Shown: positions 50,854 through 59,731 of the stretch, one piece after another
Layout of the letters: each line of letters opens with the position of its first letter
Position numbering within the stretch: the stretch's first letter is position 1
Assembly: GCA_964291415.2 (NCBI GenBank)
Contig: OZ219920.1
Location: forward strand, 416,001 to 480,000
Direction: 5' to 3'
Source: Alphaproteobacteria bacterium
GTDB lineage: Bacteria > Pseudomonadota > Alphaproteobacteria > SP197
Length of the DNA: 64,000 nt
Notes under the pieces: generated by a model
What the model saw: the letters and a program-made list of their open reading frames with translations, nothing else
What the model was told of the DNA's origin: nothing
Databases searched by the model: none
Position numbers and translations under genes: made by a program

Positions 50854-51449
50854 TGGACGTCACTCCTCTTCGCCAACGACCACGCGAATGTACCATGACT
50901 CAGGTCTTGAGCATCTCCCGTCAGCCAACCTCCGTTATCAACGGCAGCAACGAGCAGAACCCGCCTGACGGCGTGTTTTCGAGGGCCGTCCTGGTGCTCA
51001 CGGTCGATCAGCCCGTGCGTGTGACGATCTGAGCCGCCACTGCCACCATCATACATGGGCTCCTGGCCGCCCCGATGAGGGAGCTGCAAGGGGGAACGCG
51101 TCCCGATCCCCAGGATGTTGCCCCGCTGTTCCGAATGCCCGGTGCCTCACGACGCCGGATCGGAGCAGTCGCAACCCGACTGCAGGTCAAGGGCAGCAAT
51201 GGGCGCGGTCGATCCAGGGGAGTTGTGCCGGTCCCTCGGAAGGGCAATCCATTGCGAGACCTCTGCACTCTCAACGAGTTGAAATCGCCGTAAAGGCCTC
51301 ATCCCTTGCTCTTCATCATCGAAGGGCTGGGCCCTGTGACCTTGCCACACGCAGCGCTTGTCGCGTATCGTGATGACAACCGGGTCGCGATAAAGAAACC
51401 GATCAAGCCCGGACCGACTTGAATCGGCCCACCATGGGGAGACCAGACC

Positions 51450-53057
51450 ATGTCGTCACATGAAGACAAGACCCTGCTTGAACGCATTGTCCGTGCGAGC
51501 AGGCACAACAGGATTTCACGCCGGAATTTCATGGCTGAGGCCTCGGCCGCCGGCCTGACGGTCGCCGCGGCTTCCACGCTGTGGTCCGAGAACGCCGCGG
51601 CAGAGACGCCGCAGCAAGGCGGCACGTTCCGCCTCGGTCTGCACGACGGAAACACCGCCGATACGCTCGATCCGGGCAAGTACCAGAGTGTCAGCGAGAT
51701 CCAGCTGGCCCACACGTTCCGCAGCTACCTCACGGAGATCACGGAAGACAACGGGCTCGGCGGCGACATGGCGGTGTCGTGGAGCGCCTCTCCGGACGCC
51801 AGGGTGTGGACGTTCGAACTCAGTCCGGACGCCACCTTCCATGATGGCCGCGCGTTCACGTCGAAGGATGCGGTCGCCTCGCTCAATCACCACCGTGGTG
51901 ACGACACGACGTCGGCGGCCAAGCCGCTTCTCTCCAACGTTGTCGATCTCAGGGCCGACGGCGATCATGCGATCGTCATCGAGGTCGACCAGGGATTTGC
52001 CGATCTTCCCTGGGTGATGGCGGACTACCATCTTACCATGCTGCCGGCGACCGAAGACGGCGGCGTCGAGTGGGAAAGCGGTCTGGGAGCCGGACCCTAC
52101 AGGATCGTCAACAACGAGCCGGGAGTCGGCGCCAACCTCGAACGCCATGACGGGTGGCACCGCGAAGGGGCGTGGTTCGACGACATCGAGATCACCATTC
52201 TGAACGATCCCAACGCCCGCCAGACGTCGCTGATCACCGGCGACGTGGACGCCATATCGTCGGTCGACCTCAAGACGCTCACATTGCTGGGTCGCGATCC
52301 CAACATCGAGATCGACAACGTCCCGAGCGGTTCGGCCATCACCCTGCCGATGTTCTGCGACCACGCGCCCTACGACAACGTCGATGTCCGCCTGGCTCTG
52401 AAATACGCCATCGACCGGGAAGAGATCGTCGAGAAGATCCTGTTCGGCACCGGCACTCCCGGCAACGACTTTCACGTCTCGCCGAACATGCCCTACTGGC
52501 CGGACATCGAGCAGCGCGTCTATGACCCGGACAAGGCTAAGCACCACCTCAAGCAGGCCGGCATGGAGGGGCTCCGTGTCGAGCTTTCGGCGGCCGACAG
52601 CGTGTTGCCGGGCGCCGTCGACATGGTCGTTCTCTACAGCGAGCAGGCCAAGGCGGCCGGCATCGACCTCGTGCCGGTGCGGGAACCCAACGACGGCTAC
52701 TGGTCGGACGTGTGGCTGAAGAAGCCCTTCGTGTTCGTCAAGTGGGGTGCGCGTCCGACGCCGGACAACATGTTCACGCTCGCCTACAAGGACGACGCCC
52801 CGTGGAACGAGGCGCACTGGCAGAATGCTCGTTTCAACGAACTCCTGCTGATGGCGAAGGCGGAACTCGACGAGACGCGGCGCGCCGAGATGTACCGCGA
52901 GATGTGTCAGATCGCCCGTGACGACGGCGGCACCATCATCCCGCTCTTCGTGAACTTCGTGTATGCACGGCGCAGCAACGTGCGCCATGGTCCGAGTGTC
53001 GCGGCGAGCTGGGAATGTGACGGCGCCCGTTCCGCCCACCGCTGGTGGTTCGCCTGA
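51450..53057 (+). CDS. Peptide-family ABC substrate-binding protein with Tat signal
   Basis: SRRNFM leader, TLDP, TFHDG, GAGPY, VRLALKYAIDR. Confidence 0.92.
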   Translation: MSSHEDKTLLERIVRASRHNRISRRNFMAEASAAGLTVAAASTLWSENAAAETPQQGGTFRLGLHDGNTADTLDPGKYQSVSEIQLAHTFRSYLTEITEDNGLGGDMAVSWSASPDARVWTFELSPDATFHDGRAFTSKDAVASLNHHRGDDTTSAAKPLLSNVVDLRADGDHAIVIEVDQGFADLPWVMADYHLTMLPATEDGGVEWESGLGAGPYRIVNNEPGVGANLERHDGWHREGAWFDDIEITILNDPNARQTSLITGDVDAISSVDLKTLTLLGRDPNIEIDNVPSGSAITLPMFCDHAPYDNVDVRLALKYAIDREEIVEKILFGTGTPGNDFHVSPNMPYWPDIEQRVYDPDKAKHHLKQAGMEGLRVELSAADSVLPGAVDMVVLYSEQAKAAGIDLVPVREPNDGYWSDVWLKKPFVFVKWGARPTPDNMFTLAYKDDAPWNEAHWQNARFNELLLMAKAELDETRRAEMYREMCQIARDDGGTIIPLFVNFVYARRSNVRHGPSVAASWECDGARSAHRWWFA

Positions 53058-53069
53058 TCACCTCGATCA

Positions 53070-53099
53070 AGGCGGGGCCGGGAACTCCCGGCCCCGCCT
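53070..53099. terminator. Hairpin terminator after the SBP gene
   Basis: AGGCGGGGCCGGG-aact-CCCGGCCCCGCCT. Confidence 0.8.
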
Positions 53100-53336
53100 G
53101 ATTCTCCGCAAGGATCTCAATTCCGAAAGGGTTTCTGGAAACGAAGAGCGCCCACGGGTTCGCGTGCTCCCGGAACTTTACACTGGTTGCAGGGCCAGGG
53201 TCGACGTGGAGACCTCTTGGGGTCCGGGTCAGCAAGGTCGAGACCGCATCGCAAGACGCTTCCCCTTGCCTCGCAATCCGAAAGCGTCGAGGCAACGATC
53301 GAGCTTCAGGAGTTGCAACCACCGTTATCGGACTGT

Positions 53337-53713
53337 CTAAAGATCCAGAAAGCCCTTCGGCGACAGTATCGGGATGTTCTGAAAAGCAGACATCTCGAGA
53401 AGGTCCTGGTCCCCCGTGACCAGGCAAGCCGCCGCGCCCATCAGCGCCGTCTCCAGCAGCTTGTCGTCATCGGGATCCCGGCACCCGAGTTTCGCGCCGG
53501 CGATCGGGACCCATTCGGAGACCGCTTCGAGCTGGGCCAGGTAAAGAGCTCTCCCCTCCCGGCTGACATATCGATCGAACTTCGGTGGATGCAACCGCGT
53601 TTGCAGCTCATCGAACGTCCCGTCGGAGAATAGCAGCACGCCGCGTTCCCCTGCACGGCGTCGACAACTGCGCGCGGCCGCCCATCGCGGCGAAGCGCTG
53701 CACTGATCAGGAC
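53337..53713 (-). pseudogene. PIN-domain toxin remnant (5'-truncated and frameshifted)
   Basis: VLISAAL... in one frame, then ...CRDPDDDKLLETAL...LVTGDQDLL...IPILSP in another. The DTN start is missing. Confidence 0.82.
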
Positions 53714-54628
53714 CGAACTGCCTGGCTTCGGTGTCCGAGTGTACCCCTCCGGCAAGAAGGTCTTCGTCGTCCAGACCCGCGCCTTCGGCCGCTCCAAGCG
53801 CGTCAGCCTCGGCACCCATGGCGACACCGGTTTCTCCGTCGACCACGCCCGCAGGAAGGCCACCGACGTCATCGCGCGCATCAAGGACGGGCAGCCGCCG
53901 GTTCCGCCGGACCCCGCGCCCGACCCGACCGTCGCCGACCTTGCCGAGCGCTACGAGCGCGAGTACGTCGCGATGCACTGCAAGCCGGCCACCATCTCGC
54001 ATTACCGCCTCATGTTGCGCAAGCATATCGTGCCGGCCCTCGGGGAGCGCCGCGTCGCGGAGGTCGAGTACAAGGACATCCTCGCCTTTCACAACAGCCT
54101 GCACCACATGCCGACCGTCGCCAACCGGGCGGCCGACATCCTGGTGAAGATGTTCAACCTGGCGGACGCGTGGGGCTGGCGTCCCTCGGGCAGCAACCCG
54201 GCCCGGAGCGTGCCCCGCTTCCGGGTCGAGAAGCACGAGCGGTTCCTCACCCGCGAGGAGCTGTTCCGGCTCGGCGAGGCATTGCGGGCAGCCCCGGAAA
54301 AGCGGCTCGCCTCGACCCACGCGGCGGCCGCGATCCGGCTCCTCGTGCTCACCGGATGCCGGCGCAACGAAATCCTCGGGCTCCGGTGGGACGACCTCAA
54401 CTTCGACACCGGCGAGATGAGGCTCCCGGATACGAAGACTGGTACCCGGATGGTGCCACTGACCCCCGCCGTCGCGCGCGTATTCGACGGCCTCGCTCGC
54501 ACGCCCGGCAGTCCGTGGGTGTTCCCGGGCAAGAAGAAAGGCACCCGGCTGGTCAACCTCAATGACTCGTGGGACCGCGTGCGCAAGGAGGCCGGGCTCG
54601 AAGACGTCCGCCTGCATGACTTGCGTCA
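53712..54628 (+). pseudogene. Tyrosine integrase with arm-binding domain, 5'-truncated and interrupted by the RIT element (N-terminal part)
   Basis: ELPGFGVRVYPSGKK...TGCRRNEI...VRLHDLRH, ending at the RIT left end. Confidence 0.88.
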
Positions 54629-54654
54629 TTATTGCCGGATCCGTCTTATTCCGG
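54627..54654 (+). repeat. RIT left inverted repeat
   Basis: CATTATTGCCGGATCCGTCTTATTCCGG. Confidence 0.9.
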
Positions 54655-54784
54655 CTCGTCTGGCATGAACATCTGAGATTGGTGTGACTTCAGTATGTTG
54701 TGCAGGGTCATGATGGTTGAAGTTCCGGAGTAATCCGGTGGTCTTCTCGTGCTGGCAATGTCGTCAGCGCAATGGAGAAGGCCG

Positions 54785-56026
54785 ATGTCGACAGAGTTTT
54801 ACTTTCCCAGCCGAACCAGCCAGCGGTGGTTGCGTGTCGGTCCACTGGCCGGCGATCTCGAGCGGTTCGCCACCCGGCTCAAGGCCCAGGGCTACGCTCG
54901 GCCGACGGCGGTGAGCAAGCTGCGGCTGGTGCGCAATCTCAGCCGCTGGCTCGAGCACCGGGGCCTGGGGGTCGAAGCGCTCGATGAGCTGCGCATCGAA
55001 GCGTTCCTTGTGACCCGCGGACCGCGATGCGTGCAACGCGGCGAGGCTGTGACCACCCGGCAGTTGCTGAGCCATCTGCGCACGGATGGGCGGATTCCTT
55101 TCGCTGCGCCATCCCCGCAGGTCTCGAACCCGTTCGCGTCGGTCGAACGCCGCTACGAGCGCTTCCTCGTCAACGAGCGGGGCGTGAGCCGGGCGACGGT
55201 GGAGACCTACCTGCCCATCGTCCACGCCTTCCTTGCCGAACGCTTTGCCACGCGGGCCGTGGCGCTTGAGACGCTCACCGTACGCGACGTCAACCGGTTC
55301 ATCGTGCGCCAGTCCCGGCGCTTGTCCCGATCGCGCGTCAAGCTCGTCGTCACCGCGCTGCGCAGCTTCCTGCGCCACCTCCATCAGCGTGGGGACATTC
55401 CCGTCGATCTCGCCGGCGCGCTCCTTGCCGTGGCGAGCTGGCGGCTCTCAGGCGTGCCGAAGTCGCTCGCGCCCGAGCAGGTGGAGGCGGTCATCCGCAG
55501 CTGCGATGCGCGCACCGCCGCCGGACGGCGCGACCGTGCCATCGTGCTGCTCCTTGCGCGGCTGGGGTTGCGCGCCGGTGAAGTGGCCGCGATGACGCTC
55601 GGCGATCTCGATTGGGACACAGGCGTCGTGAGCGTGACCGGCAAGGGCCCGCGGCGCGAGGCGCTGCCGCTGCCCCGTGAGGTCGGCGAGGCCCTGGTCG
55701 CCTGGCTGCGCGACGGGCGCCCGCAGTGCCCCACCCGGCACGTGTTCGTGCGCCTTCACGCACCGCATGTGGGGTTCGCCGGAGCGGTCGCGGTCATCAA
55801 TGTCGTGCAGCGGGCGTTGGCCCGGGCCGGCATCGATCCGCCGTTCAAGGGCGCGCATCTGCTGCGTCATTCCCTGGCTACCACGATGCTGCGCCACGGC
55901 GCCTCGCTGGAAGAGATTGGGCAGGTCCTGCGCCATACCTCACCCGACACCACGTGGATCTACGCCAAGGTGGACCTTGAAGCGCTCCGCACGCTCGCGC
56001 CGGCGTGGCCTGGAGGTGCATCATGA
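54785..56026 (+). CDS. ritA: RIT recombinase A
   Basis: LGLRAGE, GK, HLLRH, LRH...YAK. Confidence 0.9.
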   Translation: MSTEFYFPSRTSQRWLRVGPLAGDLERFATRLKAQGYARPTAVSKLRLVRNLSRWLEHRGLGVEALDELRIEAFLVTRGPRCVQRGEAVTTRQLLSHLRTDGRIPFAAPSPQVSNPFASVERRYERFLVNERGVSRATVETYLPIVHAFLAERFATRAVALETLTVRDVNRFIVRQSRRLSRSRVKLVVTALRSFLRHLHQRGDIPVDLAGALLAVASWRLSGVPKSLAPEQVEAVIRSCDARTAAGRRDRAIVLLLARLGLRAGEVAAMTLGDLDWDTGVVSVTGKGPRREALPLPREVGEALVAWLRDGRPQCPTRHVFVRLHAPHVGFAGAVAVINVVQRALARAGIDPPFKGAHLLRHSLATTMLRHGASLEEIGQVLRHTSPDTTWIYAKVDLEALRTLAPAWPGGAS

Positions 56027-56955
56027 ATGACCTCGCACTGCTGCTCGAGGAGTACCTCGCAACGCGCCGTGCGCTCGGCAACCGGCTGGTGCTGCCCGGC
56101 CGGCTGTTGAAGCGCTTCGTCGCGTTCACCGTGCAAGACGAGATCCCCTTCATCACCACCGAGTGCGCGCTGCAATGGGCCACCGAGCCGCGCGATGCAC
56201 GGCCCGCCCAGTGGGCGGGCCGTCTGAGCATGGTGCGCGGCTTCGCCCGCTACGCCCACGGTGTTGACCCACGTCACGAGGTCCCGCCGCAGGGGCTGTT
56301 GTCTGGGCAGTATCGCCGCCGCACCCCCTATCTGTACCGCGACGCAGAAGTCGCCGCGCTCATCGCCGCGGCGCGAGCGCTCTCCGGCATCACCGGACTG
56401 AGGCCCCTGACCTATGCCACGATGCTGGCGCTGTTGTCCGTCACCGGGATGCGGGTGAGCGAGGTGGTGAACCTCGACCGTGACGATGTCGACCTCACCG
56501 ACGGGGTGCTGAGTGTGCGTGACAGCAAGTTCGGCAAGTCGCGCTATCTGCCGATGCATGCCTCGACCGCACGGGCGCTGCGCCGCTATGCACGACATCG
56601 CGACCGCCTCTGTCTTCGTCCTCTCGTCCCGGCCTTCTTCCTTGCCGAACGCGGCACCCGGATCACCGAGTGGGCGTTGCGCTGGACCTTCGCAAAGCTG
56701 TCGAAGCAGGTCGGTCTGCGTGCTCCCTCGTCGTCGCACGGCACCGGTCCGCGCCTGCATGACCTGCGCCACCGGTTCGCCGTGAACACGCTGCTTGGGT
56801 GGTATCGCAACGAAGTCGATGTCGAACGTCACATCCCGCAACTCGCGACCTGGCTCGGCCATGCCCATGTGAGCGATACCTACTGGTATCTCACCGCCAC
56901 GCCGGAGTTGCTGCATCTGGCCGCCCGACGTCTCGACCGCAGGGCGCCGTCATGA
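56023..56955 (+). CDS. ritB: RIT recombinase B
   Basis: TGMRVSE, SKFGKSR, HDLRHRFA, LGH...TYWYL. Confidence 0.9.
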   Translation: MNDLALLLEEYLATRRALGNRLVLPGRLLKRFVAFTVQDEIPFITTECALQWATEPRDARPAQWAGRLSMVRGFARYAHGVDPRHEVPPQGLLSGQYRRRTPYLYRDAEVAALIAAARALSGITGLRPLTYATMLALLSVTGMRVSEVVNLDRDDVDLTDGVLSVRDSKFGKSRYLPMHASTARALRRYARHRDRLCLRPLVPAFFLAERGTRITEWALRWTFAKLSKQVGLRAPSSSHGTGPRLHDLRHRFAVNTLLGWYRNEVDVERHIPQLATWLGHAHVSDTYWYLTATPELLHLAARRLDRRAPS

Positions 56956-57950
56956 GCGATGCGGCAGACTTCCCGCGGCTGCTCGCGCTGTTCTTCACCG
57001 AGCGTCTCATGCGACAGCGCCAGGCCAGCCCGCACACCATCGCCAGCTACCGTTCGACGTTCCGCCTCCTGGTGCTCTACGCCCAGCGCGTGTTGAACAC
57101 ACCGCCCTCGGCGATGGCGCTCGCCGACTTCGACACCGAGCTGCTCGGCGACTTCCTCGGCCATCTCGAGACCGAACGCGGCAACGATGCGCGGACCCGC
57201 AACACCCGCCTTGCCGCCATCCGTTCGTTCTTCCGCTTCGTCGCCTTGCAGGAACCCCGCCACGCCGCCCTGGCCCAGAGGGTCCTGGCCATCCCGGACA
57301 AGCGCTACACCCGCCGCCCCGTGACCTGGCTCGAGCGCCCCGAAGTCGAGGCGCTCCTCGCGGCGCCGGACCCGCGATCCCGCAGCGGACGCCGCGACCG
57401 CGCCTTGCTGCTCGTGGCAGTCCAGACCGGACTGCGCGCCTCGGAGCTCACCGGACTGCGATGCGAGGATGTTCAGCTCGGCGCCGGCGCCCACGTGCGG
57501 TGTCACGGCAAGGGACGAAAGGAGCGGTGCACGCCGCTGCGCAAGGATGCGGCGAAGGCACTCCGGGCGTGGCTGGCCGAACGCCGCGGCGAGCCGCGCG
57601 ACCCCGTGTTCCCCAATCAGCGCGGCGGCCCGCTGAGCCATGACAGCCTCGCCTACCTCCTGGGCAAGCACGTGACGACCGCGCGGGCTCGATGTCCCTC
57701 GCTCGCCAGGAAACGTGTCAGCGCCCATTCATTGCGCCATTCGTGCGCCATGGAACTCCTTCACAGCGGTGTCGACCGCGCGGTCATTGCATTGTGGCTC
57801 GGTCATGAATCCGTCGAGACCACGTACGTCTATCTGCACGCCGACCTGAAACTGAAGGAAAAGGCCATGGCGCACACTCAACCTTCACATGTGCCGCACA
57901 CGCGTTACCGGCCCGACGATGACGTGTTGGCATTCCTGAACAGCCTGTGA
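56952..57950 (+). CDS. ritC: RIT recombinase C
   Basis: SPHTIASYR, TGLRASE, GKGRKER, HSLRH, LGHES...Y, FLNSL end. Confidence 0.9.
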   Translation: MSDAADFPRLLALFFTERLMRQRQASPHTIASYRSTFRLLVLYAQRVLNTPPSAMALADFDTELLGDFLGHLETERGNDARTRNTRLAAIRSFFRFVALQEPRHAALAQRVLAIPDKRYTRRPVTWLERPEVEALLAAPDPRSRSGRRDRALLLVAVQTGLRASELTGLRCEDVQLGAGAHVRCHGKGRKERCTPLRKDAAKALRAWLAERRGEPRDPVFPNQRGGPLSHDSLAYLLGKHVTTARARCPSLARKRVSAHSLRHSCAMELLHSGVDRAVIALWLGHESVETTYVYLHADLKLKEKAMAHTQPSHVPHTRYRPDDDVLAFLNSL

Positions 57951-58007
57951 TTATCCCGGAATCAAGGTCCCTTCGAGCACGCTCCCCGCCCGTCTCCGCC
58001 GTCGATT

Positions 58008-58035
58008 CCGGAGTAAGACGGATCCGGCAATAATG
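58008..58035 (-). repeat. RIT right inverted repeat
   Basis: CCGGAGTAAGACGGATCCGGCAATAATG. Confidence 0.9.
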
Positions 58036-58065
58036 CCTCTTACTCCGGAACCGGAATAAGAGGCA
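58034..58065. repeat. 32-bp palindrome abutting the RIT right end
   Basis: TGCCTCTTACTCCGG-AA-CCGGAATAAGAGGCA (14/15 match). Confidence 0.85.
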
Positions 58066-58267
58066 CACGTTCGCCTCGCGCGCGCTGGCGCTCGGCGAGG
58101 GGCTGCCGATGATCGGCGACCTGCTCGGTCACCGCATGGTGACCACGACCGCGCGGTATGCGCATCTCGCCCGCGACTCGGTGCGCCATGCCACGGCCAA
58201 CATCGGCGATGACCTCGGCCCCAGGCTCGTGCCGCCGGACGGCCCCCAGCACGTCGGCGTCAACTGA
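58061..58267 (+). pseudogene. C-terminal part of the interrupted integrase
   Basis: RHTFASRALALGEGLPMIGDLLGH...TTARYAHL; continues the 53712-54628 fragment. Confidence 0.88.
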
Positions 58268-58287
58268 ACTTCTCACGGGAGACCGCC

Positions 58288-59490
58288 ATGCCAAGCCCGA
58301 ACAAGCTCGTCCTTTCCCGGCGCGCCGTGGACGCCCTGCCGGTGGCCGAGCGTGAAGCCCTGTTCTGGGACCGCGACCTCACCGGCTTCGGGGTGCGCGT
58401 CCATCCCTCGGGCTCGAAGGTCTACATGGTGCAGACCCGCGCCCGGGGGAAAACACGCCGCGTCACCATCGGCCGCCACGGGGTGTGGACGCCCGAGCGG
58501 GCGCGGCGCGAGGCGGGACGGCTGCTTGCCAGCCTCAAGGCGGGAGAGACGCCGACCCGGCCGGGCGCGGACTCGCCCTCAGCCAACGGGCCCACGATCG
58601 CGGAGATGGCCGAACGCTACATGACCGAGCATGTCGCCGTGCGCTGCAAGCCCACCACCCAGCGCGGATGCCGCGATATCCTGGACAGGTTCCTGCTGCC
58701 GCGCTTCGGGGCGCTTCGCCTGAGCGAGGTCACGCCCGACCACGTTGCGGCGCTGCACTACCGCATGCGCGACACGCCGACCATGGCGAACCAGACGGTC
58801 TCGCTCCTCTCCCGGCTGTTCTACACAGCGGCGAAGACGGGCGAGGCGCCGGCCGGGGGCAATCCCTGCCGGTTCATCCAGAAGTATCCGACCCGCGCGC
58901 GCGAGCGCTTCCTGTCGGAACAGGAGTTCGACCGCCTGGGCCGCGTCCTCGCCGAGCTCGAAGCCGCCGGCACGATCTCGACGAGCGCGGCCGGGGCGCT
59001 GCGCCTGCTGATGCTGACCGGCTGCCGGCGCAACGAGGTCGTGACGCTCAAATGGGAGCACGTCGATCTCGAACACGACGAGCTGCGGCTCCGCGACGCG
59101 AAGACCGGCGCCCGAGAGGTGCCGCTTTCGCCGGCGGCGAAGCAGCTTCTCACCGCGCTGCCGCGCCGGCCCGGCAACCCCTGGGTGTTCCCCGGCCGCG
59201 TGAACGGTTCCCGCCTGCGCACGCTGAACGCGTCGTGGCAGGTCGTCCGCAAGGAGGCCGGGCTCGAAGATGTCCGCCTGCATGACTTGCGTCACAGCTT
59301 CGCCTCGCGGGCACTCGCGCTCGGGGAGAGCCTGCCGATGATCGGCAAGCTGCTCGGTCACGCGAAGGTGCAGACGACCGCGCGCTACGCCCACCTTGGG
59401 CGGAACTCGGTCAAGGTCGCCGCCGTTCGGATATCCGATAGCCTCGAAGCCGACATGGACACCCCGCCGGAGGTTTCCGCTACCTCGTGA
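58288..59490 (+). CDS. Intact tyrosine integrase with arm DNA-binding domain
   Basis: WDRDLTGFGVRV, TGCRRNE, HDLRHSFAS, LLGH...TTARYAH. Confidence 0.93.
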   Translation: MPSPNKLVLSRRAVDALPVAEREALFWDRDLTGFGVRVHPSGSKVYMVQTRARGKTRRVTIGRHGVWTPERARREAGRLLASLKAGETPTRPGADSPSANGPTIAEMAERYMTEHVAVRCKPTTQRGCRDILDRFLLPRFGALRLSEVTPDHVAALHYRMRDTPTMANQTVSLLSRLFYTAAKTGEAPAGGNPCRFIQKYPTRARERFLSEQEFDRLGRVLAELEAAGTISTSAAGALRLLMLTGCRRNEVVTLKWEHVDLEHDELRLRDAKTGAREVPLSPAAKQLLTALPRRPGNPWVFPGRVNGSRLRTLNASWQVVRKEAGLEDVRLHDLRHSFASRALALGESLPMIGKLLGHAKVQTTARYAHLGRNSVKVAAVRISDSLEADMDTPPEVSATS

Positions 59491-59731
59491 TCTACGGTGC
59501 CGCTAAGCATCGCGGGCTCTCGCCGGATGCCGCCGCCTAACGATGATTGCCATACTCCTTGGTCGCCGTTGCCCTAGACAACTGCCCGCCGTGCGCCCAC
59601 CATGTTCAGGACTCAGCAGGAACTTCCGCCGAGAACGTTGCGGACAGCCATCTCACCGACGATTTCGCCGCCCCGAAGCATCCCGATGCCACCCAATACT
59701 CCAATTATCGTGAGAATAGGCGATGGCTACT

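Larger units (their letters stand above)
54627..58035 (+). mobile_element. RIT (recombinase-in-trio) element
   Basis: Three tyrosine recombinases with ATGA overlaps; 28-bp terminal inverted repeats (27/28 match). Confidence 0.93.

Noticed and set aside
53337-54629. 430-aa minus-strand ORF
   Set aside because: Antisense of the integrase fused by chance to the PIN remnant.
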